A DNA stretch of 64,000 bases from Macrostomum lignano (taxonomy: Eukaryota), in contig NIVC01003219.1 of the NCBI GenBank assembly GCA_002269645.1, forward strand, positions 46,157 to 110,156, written 5' to 3'. Under the pieces are notes generated by a model, which worked only from the letters and a program-made list of their open reading frames with translations, searched no databases and was not told the DNA's origin. Below are positions 48,765 through 64,000 of this stretch, in pieces; the stretch's first letter is position 1; the number at the start of each line of letters is the position of its first letter. The position numbers were made by a program, and so were the translations under genes.

Positions 48765-49335
48765 GAGCAGTAAGGAGAGAAGTGAAAGTCAGAGGGGCAG
48801 GCCCAATCTAGCCCAGCCAATGAGAGAGCAGTAAGGAGAGAAGTGAAAGTCAGAGGGACGAAGTCAGAGGGGCAGGCCCAATCTAGCCCAGCCAATGAGA
48901 GAGCAGTAAAGAGAGAAGTGAAAGTCAAAAAGACGAAGTCAGAGGGACAGGCCCAATCTATCTCAGCCAATGAGAGAGCAGTAAGAAGAGAAGTGAAAGT
49001 CAGAGGGACGAAGTCAGAGGGGCAGGCCCAATCTAGCCCAGCCAATGAGAGAGCAGTAAGGAGAGAAGTGAAAGTCAAAAAGACGAAGTCAGAGGGGCAG
49101 GCCCAATCTAGCCCAGCCAATGAGAGAGCAGTAAGGAGAGAAGTGAAAGTCAAAAAGACGAAGTCAGAGGGACAGGCCCAATCTATCTCAGCCAATGAGA
49201 GAGCAGTAAGAAGAGAAGTGAAAGTCCGAAGGACGAAGTCAGAAGGGCAGACCGAATCTAGTTCAGCCAATGAGAGAGCAGTAAGAACAAAGTGAAAGTC
49301 AGAGGGGCAGGCCCAATCTAGCTCAGCCAATAAGA
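48765..49335. repeat. 75-bp minisatellite with two CCAAT motifs per unit, 3' of PDCD2
   Basis: AGCCAATGAGAGAGCAGTAAGG...GGCCCAATCTAGCCC, period 75 (for example 48815 and 48890). Confidence 0.9.
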
Positions 49336-50342
49336 ATGCAGTAAGGATTCTTATTGGTCAAGTCAGGCGCAAGCGTATATGAAGAAAGCCAAACTGTTTA
49401 TCAGCCTGGCTGGAGGCTGTTGCCCAACCCATTTTGCTCACGCACTGCTTTTTCAACTTTTACTGCAAATTTCAGTTTGTAAAATCCAATTTTTACTTTT
49501 ATTTAGGAAGAAACGCTAATTTTACTACTGAAAAAAGAGTAGATAAGGACAATTTTGTGAGTGACACACTAGTTATTTTAGTATCCGTGATCATTATCTT
49601 GAGCATTTAAGCTGGCAAGATCGGTCTGTCTTATTTTCGTTGTCTAATTTGGCATTATAAAACATCTATTTTTGTATTCTTTTGCTTAATTTTCTTTGTT
49701 TGTTTTCTTTAATTAACGTGCAACACTTTAATACTACTTACAACAGTAATTGCCTTTTATTTTCCGTCATATTTATTCAATATAACTTATTTCAGCGAGA
49801 AGTTCTGTAAATTCTTCTGCATGCAATTGGTGTGCTTCAACTAATGCCTACTACATATAGTAATCATGTATTTCTATTTAAGCCTTGTTTTTGTTTATTT
49901 CTCTCTTTATCCAGCTGTTTTGTGCCAAAAGCATAAAATCTAGTAATTATTAATAATATATAAAAATAATCTTCCTTTTTTTCTAATACTACATTGGCCC
50001 CATATTAAATTACCATCGATCCATCATCTGCTTGCTATGGTCCTAACTAATATCAATAATAACAAAGCGTTTAAATAAACGGTGCAATAATACTTAGTTG
50101 ATAAAAAACAAGCATATCGACTTTGAATTTTTTTATTTAATAACCTTTATGTGTAGTTGCGATGCTTAGAAAGTTATTTTCGATACATATCGGCTATAAT
50201 TATATTCACTCTGCTATGTCACGAGTCGAAATCCTCTCTTTAACGTATTCCGCTTTCTATTTTCAGCAATCTTAGTTGTCATTATATTAAACTGGTTTCT
50301 CTTCGTCATAATAATCGGATAAAATAATTGATTGATTGGTCC

Positions 50343-55195
<4,853 letters not shown>

Positions 55196-55228
55196 TTGAG
55201 TGAAAAGAAAGGCTTTACGTTAATTGTT

Positions 55229-55560
55229 GTCACGTGACTCTTTTTTCGGCAAATAGGCGATGCAAAAGTGTCTATTGGACATGACCATTGTCACGTGACT
55301 GTTCTATCAGCCAGTAAACAATGCAAGCAGACTATTGGGCAAAACGATTGTCACGTGACTATTCTCTCGGCTAATAGCCAATAGACTATTGTCACGTGAC
55401 TGTTCTATCAGCCAATAAACAATGCAAGCAGACTATTGGGCGAAACGATCGTCACGTGACTATTCTCTCGGCTAATAGCCAATAGACTATTGTCACGTGA
55501 CTGTTCTATCAGCCAATAAACGATGCAGACAGTCTATTAACGAGACGATTGTCACGTGAC
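55229..55560. repeat. Array of seven palindromic GTCACGTGAC motifs in 41/60-bp units
   Basis: Copies start at 55229, 55290, 55350, 55391, 55451, 55492, 55551. Confidence 0.92.
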
Positions 55561-56712
55561 TGCTTTCCCAGCCAATAAGCGACTTTCATTAGTGTGTGTT
55601 GCCAATAGAGAGCAACCGGGTGAAAAAAGCACGGTTGAGTCCATTTTACTCAGTAAACACAACTTTAAAGGATACTTAGCAATCGCCCTTTATATCCTCG
55701 ACGTCTGTATCGATCATGTTACTTTGTTGCGATTTATTGTTTATATCCACACAAAACTTATATTGCTTTCTGCCCATGTTAGTTACCTGTTCAACGGTGG
55801 AAAACAAACGAAAAAAAATCATATCAGCTCGCGTTGCAGTTTTCTCTGATGCAGTCGAACATTTTAGAATATTTTATCATTATATTTCGATTTTACATTT
55901 GTTTTATTTCTATTATCTAGGTGCATTCCAATTGAGAATTGATTTATAATCTAGTCATTAGGCATATCAAGCTTGTATTTTTGAAAGTCTTTTACTGAAT
56001 TTTTTTAACGAAAACTTCTGTAAATATATCCGTACTTGACCGTTACTGAGACCTTCTTGCTTGCAAGTATATTGTGTTAATTATACATTTTTGTACTGTT
56101 GTAAGACACAGCTGTTCAAACTTTGCGTACTGTTTTCTCAACTTTTTTATTGTGTCATCTAGTGTTTGCTTTTGTTTTTCAATTGTGTATTGTTTAATTG
56201 TTTAATTCAATTGTTTTCCTTTGTTTTAATTACTCAAGCAGCTTCTCTTTCTGTACAAGAGTCTACATGCAAGTGCAACGCATTAATGCAATTTTCATTG
56301 AACTTTTGCACTGCAGTGTAACCAGAAAGACACCTTTTTTGTCGTTGACGTCCAAGTCAATTTGTTTTACGTGTTTTTAAAAATTATTTTATATTTATTT
56401 CTCTTGTCGTCTAAAATTTAAATATTTGCCACGTATAAAGTACAAACGGAATACTGTTTTGTGTTTGTATTTGTTTTATTATTGGTGCTTGTTAAAGAAG
56501 ATTTTGTTGTTTAAATTCTCTGAATATTGATTGTTTTCTGCGAACTATTTAGCAAATTAATTTTCGCGCATCTGTTTATTCAAATTTAAAAAAATTAAAT
56601 TATGTGTTCTTTTAATAGTTTTATTAACTTCTTGATTGTAAAACGCGGAAACAAATGCAACTCAGAGTCAGTGTTTAGAGGCATTTGTAATTTCTACTCA
56701 TAATGCCTAATT

Positions 56713-57118
56713 GACCAGTCAGTCAGTCAGTCAGTCAGTCAGTCAGTCAGTCAGTCAGTCAGTCAGTCAGTCAGTCAGTCAGTCAGCCAGCCAGTCAGTC
56801 AGTCAGTCAGTCAGCCAGTCAGTCAGCCAGCCAGTCAGTCAGTCAGTCAGTCAGTCAGTCAGTCAGTCAGTCAGCCAGCCAGTCAGTCAGTCAGTCAGTC
56901 AGTCAGTCAGTCAGTCAGTCAGTCAGTCAGTCAGTCAGTCAGTCAGTCAGTCAGCCAGTCAGTCAGTCAGTCAGTCAGTCAGTCAGTCAGTCAGTCAGTC
57001 AGCCAGTCAGTCAGTCAGTCAGTCAGTCAGTCAGCCAGCCAGTCAGTCAGTCAGTCAGTCAGTCAGTCAGCCAGTCAGTCAGCCAGTCAGTCAGTCAGTC
57101 AGTTAGCCAGTCAGTCAA
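56713..57118. repeat. (CAGT)n microsatellite
   Basis: Direct inspection. Confidence 0.97.
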
Positions 57119-57950
57119 ATTTTCTGGTACAGTAAAATATTTTAAAGGTTTCCAAGTTACCAAAGTTTTAAAAAACCATGTAAGCCTGTTAATTAGATAC
57201 CAGAACCCAGAATTCTATTATCTCAAAGTTTCCCAAATCCTACAATTCTGAAATCCCTAAGCTTCCCATATCCCCAAATTTTGAAATCTCTAATTCCTCA
57301 AAACTATTTTGATTTCTGAACTTTAAACTTTCATTTTGGATAGCATAAAATACTCGATTATACTACTCAATACAAATCTCAATCTAAATACAAGATACTA
57401 CAAGTTGCATTGTATCTAATGCCAGTATTGCCATCTGTTTTAATGGCGTTTGTGCTATCCTCAAACTCAATACAGTCAAGGTTAAGCAGTGTTTTACTCA
57501 ATGAGCTGCTATCATTTTGTAATAACAGTTATTATTTTAATAATGCTAACTAAAATACACGTGAAAAAAACCATGCTTTTTAGTGTTGTTTTTTAAATTC
57601 ATTGTTTAAATTATTTCTCACTGATAAACCAATTAAGTTAACATAATTAAACAATAATTAACATTAAAACTCCAGTCAGTACTCCTGGTTCGTAATGTTT
57701 ATTTAGCACAATGCTGCGGTTTTGACCCTGTTATTTGACCTTGCAATTGTGCTTGAGTTAAATGTACATTTCGTTTTCGAAAATCGTAATACCCTGAATA
57801 GACGTGACCAAATCGATATGCTCTGGGTTTTTATGCATTAGAATCACAGTGCAATGTGCCATCGTGCGTCGCATTATCTCGAAACTGAATTTTAGCTTGA
57901 TTATTTTTTTACGATACAGCTTGACAAAAACCTATTCTAATTGCAGACAA

Positions 57951-59471
57951 ATGTCGGAGCCGACCACTTCCTGCTTTATCAAAGGCTGCACCGATCCTGT
58001 GTCTGGCACCGGTGCTCGAATACGTCAGCCACTGTGTGAAAGACATCTCGAACAGGACAGGCACAGGGTGCGTGAGTTGCACAAGAATTTACAGGCAAAG
58101 CTGAAACCATTGCTGAAATTGCAGAAAGAATTTCGGATGCAGCAGCAAGCTCTGTCAGTTGAGCTGCAAGAGACTGAGGAGCTGTTTGAGTCGGCTGTGG
58201 ACTCGCTGATGAAGTGGAAGGCAGCTGTGACAAAGCGACTGACTGAGAGACACGACAGCGTGTTGCAGAATCTGCAGCAGTTGTCCGCTCTACAGGAGTA
58301 TGAGCGAGAAGTGACGGAAGCAGAAGAGCACAATGACTTCAATAAGATGTTTGAGATCTCTGGCGTGCTAGATATTCAGAGTGAAGAGTTGCAGATGGCA
58401 GGTGGCACGACTATTAACAAGGACTCTGAGCGAGGCACTGGAAGGACTGTGGGCGATGTGAGCGGCTGTGTGAGGGACTTACAGCTGCTAATTGACAGAC
58501 ACCTGAGTGATGTGATGCAGCTGTGCGAGTCAGCAGACTCACTTTGTGCAGATCAGCCAATCTGTGAGTTTCAGACTAAAATAAAAGATCTGCCGGGTTC
58601 TCCTTTCTATGTGACATCATGCAGCAACACGCAAGACTTTTACGTGGATTCGCAGTGCAAGGTGGTCAACGGTCCGACTGACAGAGGGCTTCCACTGCCG
58701 TGTCTCTTCATTATTTTTCATCCTAATGATAAGATAAACTACCTTCTTGCCTGCTCAGTCGACGGCTTAGTGAAAGCGCAGCTACAGCTCGACATTGATG
58801 TCTCAAAAACTGTTGTAGGACTCTGCTGTGACAGCAAGCGACAGAGTCTTTATGTTGCTCAGTTTGACGCAGTGAAAGTGACGGACCTGAGCGGCTGCGT
58901 GACGCAGGTTTTCAACTCGAGCAGCATGGGACAGCCAGTCAACCTTATTGCTTTGGCCTGCAGCTCTGACAAGATATTTACTTTGAGGAAAGGCAACCCA
59001 GAATGGTCAGTGCTGTGCATCGATAAAGACAGCGGTCAGCTGCAGACCAACATTACCTTAGTTGGCGTCGGTCCCTCTGGTAAAGTCACCGAAGGCATGT
59101 CTGTAGTCGACAACACGCTGCTGCTCACTGACTACGAAGGTGGCAAGCTCTACAAAGTGTGCATCGCCAGCGGTCAGCTGATCTCGACTTACCCGACCAA
59201 GCGAAGCCGTCTTGACAAGCTATCTGGACCTGTTGGTGTCGCGGCTCATCGCTCAGGTTTGCTGTTTGTCAGCGAGTGTTCAGGGCGAGTGGTTCGTTTG
59301 ATGCGGAGTGACGGCACTGTGCTGCAGACTGTCGAAGTGGAATGTCAGGCTGATGGTGGCGCTAGGAAACTTGATTCCCCTTTTGGCTTGGCGATCATTG
59401 AAGGAAGCCCCGAGCTTTTGGCCGTCACCCAGAATAACATGTCTATTAGTATTTATAGACGGAATTTATAA
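57951..59471 (+). CDS. B-box-like/coiled-coil/NHL-type beta-propeller protein (TRIM-NHL-like, no RING seen), copy 1, about 506 aa
   Basis: Single open exon from ATG 57951 (acceptor ttgcag ends 57946). N-terminal C-x4-C..C-x2-H, heptad-rich Q/E/L segment, C-terminal repeats such as [17 protein letters not shown] and SPFGLAI typical of NHL/6-bladed propellers. Confidence 0.7.
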   Translation: MSEPTTSCFIKGCTDPVSGTGARIRQPLCERHLEQDRHRVRELHKNLQAKLKPLLKLQKEFRMQQQALSVELQETEELFESAVDSLMKWKAAVTKRLTERHDSVLQNLQQLSALQEYEREVTEAEEHNDFNKMFEISGVLDIQSEELQMAGGTTINKDSERGTGRTVGDVSGCVRDLQLLIDRHLSDVMQLCESADSLCADQPICEFQTKIKDLPGSPFYVTSCSNTQDFYVDSQCKVVNGPTDRGLPLPCLFIIFHPNDKINYLLACSVDGLVKAQLQLDIDVSKTVVGLCCDSKRQSLYVAQFDAVKVTDLSGCVTQVFNSSSMGQPVNLIALACSSDKIFTLRKGNPEWSVLCIDKDSGQLQTNITLVGVGPSGKVTEGMSVVDNTLLLTDYEGGKLYKVCIASGQLISTYPTKRSRLDKLSGPVGVAAHRSGLLFVSECSGRVVRLMRSDGTVLQTVEVECQADGGARKLDSPFGLAIIEGSPELLAVTQNNMSISIYRRNL

Positions 59472-61683
59472 TTCACATTCACAAAATCCTGCTAACTATT
59501 TGTCTATCTATTTGATACCCTTAATTTATTCTGGTTCGCAAGCATGTTACTTGGCTTAGCTTTGATGATTCTCTTTGTGTCAGTTTTTTTCTGCATTTGA
59601 TTTTTCATTTTTGCTTAGTTTGTTTCCAATTTTATAATACAGCATTTTCACGCAAGATACTATCGCTTTTGGTGATTAAAATACTCGTATGACATCAAGC
59701 AAATAACGAGAGACTCGCTATGCTTTATATGCAAATGTACCAGGATGAAGCAGAATCTCACCAGAATCGTTACATTGCTTTGCATTTGAAGTAAACTGTT
59801 CGATGTGTTTAAGGTCATTTGTAACTATTTTGAATGAGCAATCAAGCCTCTGGTCAGATTTATCACTTTTGACAAAGTAATGACGGATTGGCACAGCAGC
59901 GTTGCATGATAAGCAAATGAGGTCTCAGTTTGATTTGTGTAAAGTCTAATTTAGATCGCTAAAAAAGCGATTTTTTGGTAGGGTTTACACATTTGTGCTG
60001 ATTGCTTTTATTGTTGTAACATATTTATTGCATTTGTATGTCAGTGAATGGTTTTTGTACCTGACGAACATCTATTTTGTACTCGTAAGTTTGTATGTCG
60101 GAAATTTTTGTCGAAATAGGCATTTACGAGCGATATTATCATTTATTTCAACAAACTTTTCATACTAACGCGTGATAATAAGGTTTTTTTCTCGAGTAAT
60201 TACGAACTGCTCTCTACAGTTTATCCTGTTTTTATCTAGCCATTATCAACTCCTGAAATCTCCGATCCCACTGCAGCTACTATAACAACTTGACATGCCA
60301 TGTCACTCGCGGTTAAATTTGCTAAAAAGCAGAGCGTCTACTCTTTATTCAGTAGTTTGTGTGCGCAGAGGTACTTTAATTTGATGTGGCAGCCATAAAA
60401 TGTCATCCTCGGGTTCGCGGCCTCTCTCGCTCGCCTGCACACGCGCTGGATATGGATTTGGAAAATCAGAGGCAATAGTTGCAGCTTTAAGAACTTTAAA
60501 TATTATGTAAAATTTAATACACTTTCATAGCACTATCATAAAAGCAAAATAACACAAATTTACTGCAGAATAATATAAGTAAAGCGCTTTTTGTGACTGG
60601 CATATCAAGTATCTTTGAAACCCACGGTATATTTTTGTATTCGCTTTGCATCCCGACTTATTAGCCATAATTTTCACTACTGACTAAATAAATATTGCAT
60701 ATGTTGACCGTTAAAACCTAAAGCAATTTTCGTCTGGACTTATTTACCTTAGTTTAAAGACAGCTCTTAGTCTCCAAGCTTTTCAGTTGTAAAATTCAGT
60801 TGTTAAAGTCTCAACCGACCTCAAGCCATAGGAGTTTCTTATCCTCAGAAATGGTCTCATAACAGCGATCCTATTATACGGTATTCACTCATTCTTGGTG
60901 TAGACAGAGTAGAAAACTGAAGGGCTAGGCAAGTCTTGTATTGAACACCCGGTTGCATGGATACAAGTATTGATGCCATCAATGCGAGCGTATTACAGTG
61001 CCATGCAAGTTAAGCTTTGCTAGTCTATTTGGCTCTTACATTTCGAAAATTAAATACATTTTTGCTTCATTATTATAAAGGCAAAATACGCAAATTTCAC
61101 TACTAAGAACTGTAGATAAGCTCTTTTTAAGTAGCATATCAAGATTTTTGGGAATTGTGTACCTTACCGTATATTTTTGTATCCGTTTCGGGTATGACTC
61201 AATAACTGGAATTTCTACTACTACCCTAATAAATTCTGCATATCAGCTACGTTCTCTCTTTAAATTTAGTAAAATTTTCGTCTGCAGTTATTTATAATTT
61301 TGTCCGACGAAAAAACTTAGTCGCCCAGTTTTCTGATTGTAAAATTCCCATTTTTAGGCCTTAAATTTTTAAGCAGGCCTCATTCCAAAGTCTTCTAATC
61401 AAAAAAGCTACTACGAGCGTTGCAACTTGTGAATTACACCCTCAATAGGTCACTCACACAATAAAGCATAAACTGAAATATGGCATTGTTTAGCTTGGTT
61501 ACAAAGTTGAGCCTCATTTCGATTATAACCTTTCTAACGTCTGAGCGCTTTATTAGAGTGATGAAGTCACGCTTTGCAGAGTTCAGATTTATCATCAGCT
61601 TTAGTCAGCTTTGCTTTGTGAAAAATGGCTTTCTAATTTCTGTATTAAATTCACTATAATATCATATTTTCAGTTACGACTCA

Positions 61684-63255
61684 ATGTCGAAGCCGACCAC
61701 TTCCTGCTTTATCAAAGGCTGCACCGATCCTGTGTCTGGCACCGGTGCTCGAATCCGTCAGCCAATGTGTGAAAGACATCTCGAACAGGACAGGCACAGG
61801 GTGCGTGAGTTGCACAAGAATTTACAGACCAAACTGAAAACTTTGTCGGAATTGCAGAAAGACTTTCGGATGCAGCAGCAAGCTATGTCAGTTGAGCTGC
61901 AAGAGACTGAGGAACTGTTTGAGTCGGCTGTGGACTCGCTGATGAAGTGGAAGGCAGCTGTGACAAAGCGACTGACTGAGAGACACGACAGCGTGTTGCA
62001 GAATCTGCAGCAGTTGTCCACTCTACAGGAGTATGAGCGAGAAGTGACGGAAGCAGAAAAGCACAATGACTTCAATAAAATGTTTGAGATTTCCAGCGCA
62101 TTCGATATTGAGAGTGAAGAGTTGCAGATAGCAGGTGGCACGACTATTAACAAGGAGTTAATAGTCGTGGCACCTATTGGTGGCACGACTGTGGCACGAC
62201 TGGACTGTCGCCCACAGTCCTTCGAGGCACTGGAAGGACTGTGAGCGATGTGAGCGGCTGTGTGAGGGACTTGCAGCTGCCAATTGACAGACACCTGATT
62301 GATGTGATGCAGTTGTGCGAGTCAGCAGAGCCTTTTAGTGCAGAAAAGCCAATCTGTGAGTTTCAGTCTGAAATTAAACATCTGCCGGGTTCCTCTCCAT
62401 GTGTCATCATGCAGCAACACGCAAGGCTTTTACGTGGATTCTCAGAGCAAGGTGGTCAAGGAGGTCACTGACAGAGAGCTGCCACAGCCGTGTCTTTTCG
62501 TTGGTTTTCATCCTAATGATAAGATAAACTACCTTCTTGCCTGCTCAGTCGATGGCTTAATAAAAGCGCAGCTGCAGCTCGACATTGATGTCTTGAAACC
62601 TGTTGTAGGACTCTGCTGTGACAGCAAGCGACAGAGTCTTTATGTCGCCCAGTTTGATGTAGTGAAAGTGACGGACCTGAGCGGCTGCGTGACGCAGGTT
62701 TTGAACTCGAGCAGCCTGGGACAGCCAGTTGACCTTATTGCTTTGGCCTGCAGCTCTGACAAGATATTTGCTTTGAGCAAAGGCAACCCAGAATGGTCAG
62801 TGCTGTGCATCGATAAAGACAGCGGTCACCTGCAGACCAACATAACTTTGGTTGGTGTCAGTCCCTCGGGTAAATTCATTGAGGGTATGTCTGTAGTCGA
62901 CAACGCGCTGCTGCTAACCGACTGTGCCGCTGACAATCTCTACAGAATGTGCATCGCTAGCGGTCAGCTAATCTCGACCTACCCGACCATGCGAAGTCGC
63001 CTTGATAAGTTTCGTGAAGTTGTTGCTGTCGCAGCTCATCGCTCGGGTCTGCTGTTTGTCAGCGAAGGGCATGTGGTTCGTGTGATGCGCAGTGACGGCA
63101 TTGTGCTGCAGTCCGTGGAAGTCGGGGGTCAGTCTGGCAGTGGCGGAAGAAAACATGATTACCCTTTCGGCTTGGCGATCATCGAAGGAAGCTCCAAGCT
63201 GCTGGCGGTGTGTCAGGATGCAAAGGCAATTGGCATTTATAAGCTTACTGTGTAA
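61684..63255 (+). pseudogene. Tandem paralogue of the NHL-type gene, copy 2, with two frame-disrupting indels
   Basis: Collinear with 57951-59471 but split over three ORFs (61684-62244, 62241-62471, 62338-63255): net +59 nt insertion at 62157-62222 and a 2-nt deletion near 62391-62398. Could be rescued by splicing (see findings). Confidence 0.65.
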
Positions 63256-64000
63256 TTTTACCAGTGCGGCTGGTAGTTGCGGTGGCGATCATTGAATGAA
63301 GCCGTAATCTGCTGGCCGTCACCTAGGGTAACATTTCTGTTTGTGTATCCCGGCGCATTATATACATGTAAGTCTCCTGTGAAATCATACAAACTTTATT
63401 TTTTTGCTCATAGCTAATCATGTCTCGCTCGCTTAGCTGTTAAGGAGTCTGTTTTCCAGTTTTGGTTTCCATAATTGTTTTTTTGCGTTTAGTTTGCTTG
63501 CAATTATATGATGGAGCATTTTTGCACAAGCTCTTATCGTTTTGGCGATTCGAACAAGACTTCAGACAAACAATGCGAGATTCCCTATGCTTTATATGCA
63601 AGTGTACCATGGTGAGGGTGAATCTAACCAGTGTATGCATATCTACTGCTGGACCTTGAAAAGTCTTCACTCTGATCTAGTGAGCGATTTTTCTCCGATC
63701 TTAACTACAAGTTACGCAACTGACATCCAGCGCGCGTTAGCCGTATTATTCAATTGCACACTAAATGAAAGCCGCCTCAGAGCCCAGGCAACTCCGTTAG
63801 TCAATTGGCAAGTCATTGTTGCATTACCAGCAATTGGAGTCTCAGTTTGTGATTTTTGTAAAGTTTTTTTGTTCGAGTGTCAGTGTCAAAGTCTCCAAAT
63901 TTTCTAAAATCGCTAGTAAAGTGTTTTGTATCTGTTATGGTTTACTCAACAGTGCTGATTACTTTATGCTTGCAGCACATTTATTGCTTTTCTGTGTCAA

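Overview
Eukaryotic (animal, invertebrate) genomic DNA, not prokaryotic. Five intron-containing or single-exon genes lie head-to-tail on the + strand. (1) A complete TOR/mTOR kinase gene with 25 coding exons (1161-42565, 8265 nt, about 2754 aa); I checked every GT-AG junction and the reading phase by hand. (2) PDCD2 (46173-48572, 2 exons). (3) An MFS transporter of the ZIFL/DHA1 type (50343-55195, 6 exons). (4, 5) A tandem pair of B-box-like/coiled-coil/NHL-propeller genes (57951-59471 intact; 61684-63255 disrupted). The dominant feature is that almost every intron and spacer is filled by its own minisatellite (units 4-75 bp), and several units encode splice signals, poly(A) signals or transcription-factor motifs. 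Four of the five genes have a splice acceptor just upstream of the ATG, and the region between TOR and PDCD2 is almost all simple repeat, which suggests spliced-leader trans-splicing of a polycistronic unit. GC-rich exons with repeat-filled introns resemble a Macrostomum-type flatworm genome; this is inference only and was not verified. Most long ORFs in the supplied track are repeat artefacts.
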